Shown here piece by piece: positions 54,388 through 64,000 of a DNA stretch of 64,000 bases. The DNA is from Diplonema japonicum (taxonomy: Eukaryota > Protista > Euglenozoa: Diplonemea), in contig OZ025668.1 in NCBI GenBank assembly GCA_964019335.1, positions 248,001-312,000 on the forward strand. Direction: 5' to 3'. The notes below the pieces were generated by a model. It was not told the DNA's origin. It made no database searches and saw only the letters and a program-made list of their open reading frames with translations. How positions within the stretch are numbered: position 1 is the first letter of the stretch; each line of letters starts with the position of its first letter. Made by a program: the position numbers and the translations under genes.

Positions 54388-57300
54388 TCACTGCAGCCGC
54401 GAGCCAATCGTTTTGTGTAATGTAGTAATTTGTGCAGCCCACCTCTGCAAGGCGCGGTACCGTTCTTGACCGGTTGTATTGCACCCAAGGTGCAACATGC
54501 CGTTCACCTGAGAAGTTATTTCTCCCCCCTTTCCCTTTTCCATACCTGATCGATGCCGCCTTCTAAGTCACCGTCTTGAAGCATGGACACCAACAACCCC
54601 TCAACTTCTTCTTCCTCTATGTTCAGATCGTTGGCAAGGTAGGAGAGATGGATGGTGGTGTATGCCTTAGTTTTGAGCTGAAGAACCTTTTTTTTTTTAA
54701 TTTTTCTTTTTTAATTTTTTTTTTTTTTTTTTATAAATCCGTAAAAAAAAAAAATACCTGAGTGCGAACCGTGACCAGCAAAGGTGCGACGTACTTCTTA
54801 ATCAACGGGTCGGAGTCGATATCGCTGTAATAAAAAAATCACAAATTAAAAAAAAAAAAAAAAAAAAAATGGGGCTTTGATTGCAACACTAGGTGGCGTT
54901 AAGCGTGCAATGAAGCACGAACTACCTACTTGATTACAGGGGGCGCTCCTCGGCCGAGTTGTAGCTTCTTCTGCGTTCCGCGTCGTGTCCTTAATGCGTG
55001 CGGTGTGCTCAACCCTAGCCGGTGCGTCCCGGGTAACCAATATTCTGCGCTCGTGCAGTTTGCTGCCTGTTCGTCACCCTGAGCATCTGCGTTACGTTCT
55101 TCCACACTCAGGCGCTACCGGTGATGACCGACGAGGAGGTCAACAGCGAACAACACATCTGATGTACTTCTTTTATTTTCATGTTATCCCCACCACCCGG
55201 AAAAAAAAAAATAAAACTCAAAGTGCAGGACAAACCCCCTCATGGAGGGCCGCCCTTGGGTGGGTTGGGGGGGCTATCTATTTATACTCCCCTTCTGGAG
55301 CATTGCTTTCGTTCCAATCGAGGCCTTGAGCGTCTTGCGGAGTCGCGTGATGCGGTCTCGCTTGTAAGCGGCTTTCAGTTCCATCAGCTTGTCGTGCGTG
55401 GAGTGGGTGGCGAAGATGGGCCTCCTGGCGAAACCCATAGTCGTTTTCCCACCTATTGCGATGAGGGACTTCACTCTCTTCTGTTCATCCGCCGGGAAGG
55501 GGCGTGGCTTCTTCCGTGCTCTGCATGCCGCGTTCAGCTTTCTTATCAGTGCTTTGATCTTGCGAGCCCTATCTTCCAGCAGACCTCCCAGTAACTTGCC
55601 TGTCGTCCATTCGAAGTCGATGGCCAATTCCACCGCTGACACTTCAGAGCTGGTGTCCTCCTTCACCCATCGTAGCTGTGACAACCACTGCAGCAGCGGG
55701 TTCAAGATCCCACTCCTTCGAGCTCCCCCGCCGTCGGCACGAGGCATCTCCTTCCCTCCACATCGCGTACCCACGGCAGCGGCTGTGTGCTGGCGTTGTC
55801 TATTTGCATGAGCTCCACATCCCGTTTCCCGACCACCACAGCCATGTATCGCTGCAGCTTCTCCAGGTGTGCGAAGACATGCCCCCTCGGCAGTATCGCG
55901 TGCAGCTCCAGACATAGGGGCCATCCTGATCTGTTGCGCAACGGCTCCATTCCGTCTAGTGCCAGTTCCTCTTGTGCACAGGCGCACTCATACAGCTGAT
56001 GGCGGAGTAAGGTCACCGTGTCCGGGTGTGGTGACTTGCACAGGTCGCATCTGAATCCTTGCGTGTGCGATACCTCAGTCGTTGGTGCCTGGCCCATGTT
56101 CTCCTCGTCGTCACCGTTGTCGTCACCTTCAGGCGCCAGTGGGACGCTCTTTCGGTTCGCATTTGCGTGCGGGTTTAGGTAGGGAACCCCTCCTGCGATC
56201 ACTCGTCTCAGGCTGTAGGACATGAGCGGGTCCTTGGCCGTCCTCCATAGTCGGTTCGTCTTGGGGTCCGCCCCCGGCTCTATCCCGCTTATCGTGCTCC
56301 TCTCGACCGCCAGCGTCCTACTTCGGGCCTTCCTCACCACCTCTCTAAAGATGTGTCCGCGTTCGGCCCAAGATGTGTTGCAACCTAGTAGCTGCGCCCA
56401 ACTCCATCCTATTCGGGGAAGCCACCGGCAGACCAGGTTGCCAACCGGCCCCATGTGAATGGGCTGCTTCTTGGACTTGGACTCTCCCACGATAGGGGAG
56501 ACGATGAGGGCGCCGCCGTCGGCCGTAATCAGGTGGATGTCGGTCTTCAGTGCGCGGGCGGTGGCTTGGATGGTAACCGGGTCCGCGGCGGTCCCCTCCC
56601 TGGCGTGCTGGGAGCAGTACAAGTCGTAGTCTCCGATGACATTCACCCGGTACTCCTCGCTTCCTCGCAGCTCTTGTATCATGCGACGCCTAACGTCGCT
56701 CCCCTTTCCCGTCTTCTCTCCGACCACTCCGTAGAAGGAGTTTCCGTTTCCAATCCCGTACCCCTTCCCGCGGGCCGTCATCCCGTACCCCTTCAAAGCT
56801 TTGTGAACGTCCATCTTAGACTGACGCGGTTGCTTAGATTGTCAATGTGTTTGCTGTGATCTGATATGATCTGATATGATCTGATATGACTCGATTTTCT
56901 TCTCTTCTCTTCTCTTCTCTTCTCCTTTACGTTGCTGATCTGTGTCGCGCTTCAACTTCCAATATTTGTATTTTCTTTTCAAACCGTTGCTGAGTGATAC
57001 TTTATTGGCACGGTCGGACACCAATAAAGTACAGAAACTGTAGCTTTAGAATCGTTGGTGGAATAAAAAAATAAAAAAACCATACCTTTTATTCTTTTTC
57101 AAAATCGACTCGAAAGTTGTTATGTCCTTCTGCGTGACCGCCTCTATCAGCCCTGTCATTACCTCGATCTCGGGGTCGGTTTTGTAAGGGCTCGCCTCTT
57201 GGCAGTCGAAAGGGTTGATACTGCTTCTGGACATCTAAAAAAAAAAAAAAAAAAATCTTAAAAAAAAAACTTTTCCCATCCATACCATATTTGCCAAAAC

Positions 57301-58131
57301 AAGGTACTTCAAGCATTGTATGCGCCGTGGGTGGCCTGCCTCATCGTAGTGCTTGAAGGCTTGAAAAAATGCTTCGTTGGCTTGCTCGTAATCGTCTTGT
57401 TGCATGAACATCTTACCGCCGGCTTCTCTGATGATGCCGGTGATACGAGGAGGCGGGATAGCTCCTTCGACAGACATCGCAGCTTCATAAAGGTTTTTGA
57501 GTTTTTTGAGATCGTTGAGTTGCTGGTATAGTTGAATCTCGGCGGCGAAGATGGTCATGAGCTGTGTGCCTTTTTTCCTGTCCCATCCAGGACCATCAGG
57601 AGCGTGACATGAGGTTTTAAGTTCCGTTAGTGTTGTTTCGCATTTGACGTATTCCTTGGCGTCTAAGAGTGCTTGGGCAGACTTCATTTTTATGGTGAAC
57701 CATAGCTTCTCGTTGCGAACTCCTGTACTCACAAACTCTGTGGTGGCGCCGTACATCTCTGTCACTATGCCCGCGGGTGTAGCTTGTGAAGATGTTAGAT
57801 CGAGGAGTTTGTTGATTGCTTTTTCCGCGTCGTTTCTTGTTTTCCCTTCGAACTCGAAGTTTAGTAGTTCCTTGTACACGCCCACCATCTCGTCGTACCG
57901 TTTCAAGCCGAAGTACACCCTCACCAGCCTCTTCATCGCCTTCCAGCTCCACTTCGCGTTCCCCTCGTCCGTCTCCAGCACCAGCTTAAACCCCTCCACC
58001 GCCTCGCTCGGTTCTTCATCCATCTTATCCTTTGCATCATAATACAACCCTTCCAGTGTGTCGTTACCCTCGTCATCGCCGTCGCTCATGTACTCCTCGT
58101 CCTCCTCGTACACATACTCGTCGTCGCTCAT
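54388..58131 (-). CDS. COPS2: COP9 signalosome subunit 2 (4 introns: 57235-57285, 54825-57085, 54687-54757, 54508-54545)
   Basis: [62 protein letters not shown]; spliced downstream exons complete the PCI domain ([22 protein letters not shown]...GGIDQVNG). Confidence 0.93.
54871..55200 (+). mobile_element. SINE-like repeat copy 2, apparently nested antisense in the tail of the SL-headed element
   Basis: Homologous to 18084-18368; flanked by A11T on both sides (possible TSD). Confidence 0.65.
55274..56814 (-). pseudogene. frameshifted retroelement ORF: degenerate OTU domain fused to a post-RT region with a CCHC-type zinc knuckle
   Basis: GNGNSFY...VRRRM...[24 protein letters not shown] (OTU-like); [18 protein letters not shown]; CDLC...HQLYEC; after a frameshift near 55710-55790, WLSQLRW...[14 protein letters not shown]. 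Confidence 0.7.
57022..57059 (-). other. genomic copy of the spliced-leader exon followed by a GT donor
   Basis: Identical 38 nt to 48526-48563, followed by GTGTCCGACCGTGCCAATAAAGTA. Confidence 0.92.
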
Positions 58132-58389
58132 TGTGCTGGTGTGGTGGTTGGTGATTTGGATGCTTTTTTATAGTCGAAAAAATGAAAGTGGTATACATAG
58201 TCTAAGGGGGAGAGGATGCGGGAGGGGCAAAACTTAAATAAAAAAAAATCTACATTTCTTTTTGTGTTGTTGTTTTCTCTATTTCGCACAAAAAAAAGCA
58301 AGGGAAGGTCAAAAAAGGACTAAATTAAGACGAAATTACTTTTTTATTCGCGGATGGATCCTCAGTGAGGAGTAAGGTTTGGCAAGCCT

Positions 58390-60505
58390 CTAAGGGCTCG
58401 AAGGCCATGCGGAGGGCGGATGCTTCTGCGGTGGCTCTGGAAGAGGCGGGAGGGTACCGGTGGGTACTAACGTGCCTTGTGGTACCCCTGTAGGAGAAGG
58501 GGCACTTGCATCTGTTCTGGTTGTCACAGACTGGACGGTAGGAGTTGCCGATTGGTAAAGGTGAGGGTGGCGTATGAGGGGGCGAGTGTGTGGTACAGAA
58601 GCAGCAGGGGCAGGTGCTTGCTGGGCTGTCATTTGAGATTGGAACACAGATATTTGTGACGCGGCAGGTGATAGTGGTTGGAGCTGATGTTGGTGTTGGT
58701 TCTGATGCTGGTGTTGATTCTGGTGCTGATGTTGGTGCTGATGCTGATGCTGGTGGTGATGGTGTTGATGTTGGTGCTGATGGTGTTGATGCTGGTGCTG
58801 GTGTTGATGCTGGTGTTGGTGTTGATGTAGATGCTGGTGTTGGTGGTGTTGATGTTGGTGCTGATGCTGCTGATGCTGGTGTTGGTGCTGATGTTGGTGC
58901 TGATGCTGGTGTTGGTGCTGATGTTGGTGCTGGTGCTGATGTTGGTGTTGGTGGTGTTGATGTTGGTGGTGGTGCTGATGCTGGTGTTGGTGCTGTACTG
59001 GTGATCGCGGTTGATGCTGATGTTGTTGGAACTGGTACTGGAGATGGTGGAGCACTTGATTTGATGCAGTAGGTGATTGTGGCTGATGCTTGTGGTGGTG
59101 GTGTTGTTGCGGCACTTGATGGTGCAGCACTTGTGATGCAGCACGCGAGTGTGGTAGATGCTGGTGTTGGTGCTGTACTGGTGACTGCGGTTGATACTGC
59201 TGCTGTTGTTGTTGTTGTTGTTGTTGTTGTTGAAGCTGCTGCCGCTGCAATGCATGCGGGCCGAAGGGAGGAGAGATTAATGAGCCATTTTGTGACATGT
59301 CCACATGGTGTGGCGCTTGTACTTGCTGCTGTTGAGGTAACTGCACAGAAAGGCTCTGGTGGTGTCGAGATGCGGGAGAGCTGGGCTGCACAAGAGCACC
59401 CTGGCGGGCTTGTGACGGTGAAGCAGTATTAACAGTGGTGCGCTGGAAGCTCCTTTTGGGGGACAGGCGCACCTCTTGGATACCGCCTGGCGGGGGTATC
59501 TCTTCGGGGTTCGAGACGGAGGGCTGCGTGTGGTTGTCCACCTTGTGCGGTGAATGGATTTTACTTCGTGAGCAGGAAGCCAGAACGTCCTCGTGGGGGA
59601 GTGCGTTCCGCACCCTGCCGCACTGCTTGTGTGTCAGGATGGAGTTCAGCACTTGCATTAGCTTATCACCTTCCTTGGCTACTTCAAGTACGATGTCAGT
59701 CTCCTCGCTGGGGAGCACGACAAGAACCCTCTGCTTCCCCCCCGGTAGCTTCTGGCATATCGCCTCTGAGATGTTCGAGGTGAGCGATATCCTGCTGGTT
59801 GCTTCTTTGCACAGCATAAGCTGGTCATAGCTGATGACAACGATTTGTGGAAGCCACTTCCCGTTGACGCACCACAGCACGCTGCTGCAGAACAAGGCGG
59901 TGGGGGGCATCACGAACCGCGAGTTTTGCGGTGGCGAGACCTGAAGGGGGTATTTTTGTTTTCGACGTGCAGAACATACGCCGACGTAAGCAAGCCCTGT
60001 GAAGGGGCAGAGGTTGGGGGGCTTTGTTGACTCCTTGCTTTTGAGGAAGGCGTGGGCCTTTTGAGCTTCTTCCTGTTAAGGGGAATGTAAACATGTGTAA
60101 CACGCATACCTCACGGGTTTTCAGGAGTTTTTCAAGTTCAGCAATCTTTTGCAGGGGATTGGGTGACGTGGGGGCACGTGCAGGAGGTGCATGTGTCTCA
60201 GCAGCAGGAGTGGCGGTCTCAGCAGCATTAATCGGATGACCTCCTAGGTAGAACATTGGTGCAGAAGACAGAGGGCCTACAGGCGGGGCACCTTTTGCAT
60301 CGCCCAAGTACCCCATCACTCTGTCCGCGCGTTGTTTCAGTACATTCTCCACAGGCCTTTGTGAGTCTGGCCATCGTATCATGCTGCTGTTCACAATCTG
60401 CGTTCTGGCCTTTTCCTGCTCCTTTGCCTTCGAAATCTTCTCATGCAGCTTCGACCGGCTTGCCTCCAACTGCGCGAGCTCTTCTTCGAGTTCCCTCACC
60501 GACAT
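58390..60505 (-). CDS. PH-like domain protein with long (HQ)n / poly-Q low-complexity region (1 intron 60073-60109)
   Basis: A 37-nt GTATGC...AACAG intron joins ORFs 59825-60505 and 58390-59913 in frame. Confidence 0.72.
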
Positions 60506-60654
60506 TTTCTTTTTGCCCCCACCCCCCTAGCGATCTTGAATGTGGCAAGAGAAAAAAAAAGACCGGTAAATGCGATATATGGCATCCTGATCAATGCACC
60601 TTCTGACCACCATATTCTCTGGAGAACAAAGCTAGAAAGGAAGGAGAAGGCTGC

Positions 60655-61632
60655 CTACGAGCTTTTGAAGATGAGTTCGTAGATGTCACCGCTGCCTGGA
60701 AGGCGCTTCGTGCCACCTTGGATGAGGTAGCTCCCCCATGGAGAGAGCGCGGCAGCAGGGAGGTAGCGACCTATAGGGTGGGTGCCTGTAGTGGTTTGAG
60801 ATGAAACGGAGCCGGAGGAAAGGTCGATGAGGAGGGGCATGTCGTCGTACGAACCTGTAGAACCGCCGCCGGATGCGGCGCCTGCCGCACCTGAAAGGAT
60901 GAGGAGGGTGGAGGTGTTGGGGAGTAAGGTGGCGACATGGCCGTTGCGGGGGCTGCAAGAGATGTTAATAGGTCTCCACATTGCAGATGGGATATCATGC
61001 ACCCAGAGATCCGCCAGGGAACGTTGGTCAGCTCCGTCCAAGTAGGCCCCGCCAAACAGGACGAGAGAGGAATCCCAGTGTGCCATGGTACTGCTGTACC
61101 TAGCAGGAGGGGTTACATCGCATTGCACAGCCTCCCATGCACCGTCAACTGACATCTTATTCAAGTCCCCATGAACGCTTGCATCGTGCATCCCTCCGAA
61201 CACGTACAGAGTAGTGTCAACGCAGCACCCTGCATGGCGGCCTCTTGCAGGAGGCTCCCCGCTGTCGGCCACCTTGGTGATCCGCAATGGGTTGGCCTTG
61301 ACCTCGTACACATCAGAGCGCATCTCGTAGTCTTGATCGATGCCCCCATGCAGAAGGGCCGTCCCAGCGTCACGCAGCACAGCCACGCAGCCTTCCACAT
61401 GCGGGACGTCGGCGAAGACCTTTTTGCTCCACATTTTCTTGTCGTTGTTGTATTCGTAAGTAATAAGTCCCTCTTCGTCGTCATCATCATCATCGCACTC
61501 TTGATACCCACCTACAACCACCACCACCCCCTCAACACACACCACGCTTGCAGATTCCACCTCTGGTATCAGCTCGCTATTTGTGGATTCCCATTTCTTC
61601 CATTCCCAGGAGGGGGTATTCCCGTCGGTCAT
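60655..61632 (-). CDS. Kelch-repeat beta-propeller protein
   Basis: Repeated PPARGRH...LYVFGG, PPARYSS...LVLFGG, SPRNGH motifs. Confidence 0.88.
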   Translation of the reverse strand: MTDGNTPSWEWKKWESTNSELIPEVESASVVCVEGVVVVVGGYQECDDDDDDEEGLITYEYNNDKKMWSKKVFADVPHVEGCVAVLRDAGTALLHGGIDQDYEMRSDVYEVKANPLRITKVADSGEPPARGRHAGCCVDTTLYVFGGMHDASVHGDLNKMSVDGAWEAVQCDVTPPARYSSTMAHWDSSLVLFGGAYLDGADQRSLADLWVHDIPSAMWRPINISCSPRNGHVATLLPNTSTLLILSGAAGAASGGGSTGSYDDMPLLIDLSSGSVSSQTTTGTHPIGRYLPAAALSPWGSYLIQGGTKRLPGSGDIYELIFKSS

Positions 61633-61846
61633 TCTATTTTTCTTTTTTATATTTTCTTTCTTAGTAGTGAAATGGGGGATTAAAGAAGAAAAGAAATTTG
61701 GTGGAGAACAACAACAACAACAACAACAACAAAAAAAAGCTGTCTCGGTCTTAGTTATTAAAAAAAAAAGTCTCTTTAACACTCTCTTCTTCTCTCATTA
61801 AATAGTGGACCCAAACCCTGTCTCCCCCCCCCCCCCCCCCCCCGTC

Positions 61847-63178
61847 TCACCACATGAACCTCCCCACGGTCCCGTCGGGTGCTGTAAATGTCTTGAATAG
61901 AAACAGAGAAACAGTAGCAACGTTAATGAAGGTGTGAAGGGCTATGTGGAGCATGGAAGAAGGGAACGAGATGGAGCGGGATACAGAGGCAACAAGGATC
62001 AGAAGCACAATAGGAGTGAGGTAGTATCGAGGCTCGAACAGCGGAGAAGGCACGAGAGAGGCACAGGTTGCAAGGAAGAGCGTGAGCAGCAGAACCTTGG
62101 GAGTGTTAGCGAATGCTTGAAGAACCCCGAGAACCCCACCACACGACGGGACGATGAAGAGGAACCGCAACAAGGACTCTTCGTTCTGCATTTGAAGTCT
62201 TTTCCAAATGTAAAACGTGAAGTGGCGGTTGTCGGCGAGAGTGAATGGGTGCGTGATGCAAAACCATTTCAAACAAACGTATGAAGCCACACCCCAACAG
62301 ACAACGAAGAACAGCTTCCCTGCAGAACGGTGCTTCACGATACCGACAACTCCTTCAAAGCAGAGAAACGGAAAGAAGACCGCCACTAATGCTGTCAGAT
62401 ACACCATCTGCGTCGGGTGGAACACAGCTTCATGGTTTGACTTATCGCCCAACACGATGCCCCCGTTCACATACGCGGCTGAAGCAAACCCTAAGACTAC
62501 GGCAACGACACCCACACGGCGTGTGAAGAATATCTTTTTGAAAAGGCTTGCTACCTTGTCGATTTGAAACAGCTGCAGCACATCCTCCACCCCCGCATCG
62601 TGGAGAATAACAGTGCAGTAGCACAGAGCAACCCACACAATGTTGGTCTGCCGCAGACTGACCGCCCAAATGGATGTTACAAGAGGTAGTAACGCGTGGT
62701 TGTGGCAGAGTTGAAGCATGAGGACCAGAATTGAAAATATAGACGCAAGGTCTGTGTAGTAAAAAGCCGAGTAGAAAAAGAGAAATGGGAATGTTAGTAT
62801 CTGTGCTGCTACATGAGGCTGTTGTGCGGCGATGGGTTTTTTTTTCGTTAAAACCTTTGCGACTTTTTCGCTGTTGGCGAGGCGGGAGATGGTGATCGCA
62901 GTCAGTGCGTAAAACACAGTGTTCAGAGCTCGAAGAACTGGCACGTCGCGGGATTCACCGAAGCCCGCCGCCTCGCAAAGCCTTGCCCAGCCAACCCCTA
63001 CTATGTAAAGACCAGGTGGTGTTGTAATCTTTTCGTCCCACTGCGACCAGTTCCCTGCTAGGTATGATCTTGTTTGCCCAACATGAAACGGCTCATCCAT
63101 ATACGGTTCCGCAACTTCTTTATTCATTAAACCCAGCCATATTGCCGACGTGAGCACCAGTAGGTTGTTTATAAGCAT
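61847..63178 (-). CDS. ALG10: ALG10/DIE2 alpha-1,2-glucosyltransferase (probable in-frame 36-nt intron 62819-62854)
   Basis: PYMDEPFHVGQT...WDEKITTPPGLY, FYYTD, RQTNIVW, NGGIVLGDKSNH, HPFTLADNRHFTFYIW, EPRYY, C-terminal RFMW. Confidence 0.94.
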   Translation of the reverse strand: MLINNLLVLTSAIWLGLMNKEVAEPYMDEPFHVGQTRSYLAGNWSQWDEKITTPPGLYIVGVGWARLCEAAGFGESRDVPVLRALNTVFYALTAITISRLANSEKVAKVLTKKKPIAAQQPHVAAQILTFPFLFFYSAFYYTDLASIFSILVLMLQLCHNHALLPLVTSIWAVSLRQTNIVWVALCYCTVILHDAGVEDVLQLFQIDKVASLFKKIFFTRRVGVVAVVLGFASAAYVNGGIVLGDKSNHEAVFHPTQMVYLTALVAVFFPFLCFEGVVGIVKHRSAGKLFFVVCWGVASYVCLKWFCITHPFTLADNRHFTFYIWKRLQMQNEESLLRFLFIVPSCGGVLGVLQAFANTPKVLLLTLFLATCASLVPSPLFEPRYYLTPIVLLILVASVSRSISFPSSMLHIALHTFINVATVSLFLFKTFTAPDGTVGRFMW

Positions 63179-64000
63179 TTTTATCGCAATATATTTTCTT
63201 TTTTTATTTTTCGTCGTTTTTTTTTTTTTTCCTGGGAACTTGGTTTTGCAATATCAAATTAAAAAAAAAAAAACAGAAGAAAAATAGGAAAAAAAATGCT
63301 TGCACCCCCCCTTTTAAATTTCTTTTTTCACCGTCAAAAGAAAGGGGAGAAAAAAAAAAGAGAGAGGAGGATGGGAAATGGAGCTGAACCCTCTGCCAGT
63401 GTTCTGGAGAATTTTTTGAAATAGTAAAAGAAAGAAAATAAAGATTTCTCCAAGATGCGGTGAAGGTGGCTCAAGTCCTCTCTCTCCTTTTTTCTTTCTC
63501 CTTTCCTCAATACATCTGTTCATCCGGTCTCTAAAACTCAGGAAATAGAAGTAAATCAAAATTGCGGCGAAGAAAAGAGAAAAGGCGTTTCTTGGGGTCA
63601 AAGCTAGTTAATAATAGAGAGGGAAGGAAAGAGAGAGAAACAAACAATACAAAAAATAAAGGGGGAGAGGAAGAATGAAGGAAATCTCAACTTCTTTTTC
63701 TTCCCCGCCCCGTTTTTTTTATTTCGTTTGTTCTCCCTTATGTGGATCTTGCTGATCGAATTTCTTTTTGAAAACTTCCAGTAAAAACGGCAAATCATTT
63801 CAATACAGATAGCCTGAAAACTTGCCGTTTCAAAAAAAAAAAAAAAGGAAGTATTACAAAAAGACAGGATCCTTATCGAAAAGAAAAAGGGAATAAAACA
63901 AAAAGGGGAGAGAAAAAAAACAGAAAATGAGGTAGCCCTTGAGTTTCTGCTGGAGGGCAAAAATACCACATATTATGAAATTTCGAAGCGATGAAAAAAT

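Larger units (their letters stand above)
54840..57061 (-). mobile_element. SL-headed, internally deleted LINE-like retroelement inside CSN2 intron 2
   Basis: 11-bp TSD AATAAAAAAAT (54829-39 / 57062-72); SL + hairpin head, microsatellite 5' UTR, OTU-like + LINE C-terminal ORF, 3' stem-loop 55227-55256. Confidence 0.82.

Noticed and set aside
55120-55170. Hammerhead ribozyme in the SINE-like repeat (CCGACGA...GAAC, CTGATGT)
   Set aside because: Core CUGANGA/GAAA not matched and not conserved in the 18-kb copy.
1-64000. Non-canonical introns, stop-codon reassignment, tRNA/rRNA genes
   Set aside because: All frame breaks in conserved genes are resolved by GT-AG introns under the standard code; no tRNA or rRNA signatures were recognised.

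Overview
Eukaryotic genomic DNA, very probably a diplonemid (Euglenozoa): it carries two near-perfect copies of the diplonemid-type spliced-leader (SL) exon, about 29 protein genes that all lie on the minus strand (a directional, probably polycistronic cluster), euglenozoan-type genes such as a paraflagellar-rod-like protein, and many tiny (about 28-71 nt) GT-AG introns that are often poly(A)-filled and lack a polypyrimidine tract. Non-coding DNA is rich in A/T/G/C homopolymers and small non-autonomous transposons (piggyBac-, P-, pogo-like TIR elements and SINE-like repeats). The most striking signal is a candidate family of retroelements whose 5' end is a genomic copy of the SL exon followed by a conserved hairpin that pairs back over the SL splice donor. 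One copy (2.2 kb, 11-bp target-site duplication, degenerate OTU domain fused to a LINE-like C-terminus) sits inside a formerly 28-nt intron of the COP9 subunit CSN2 gene; the other is a ~250-bp derivative. Family assignments come from motif recognition by eye, and intron coordinates were reconstructed by hand.
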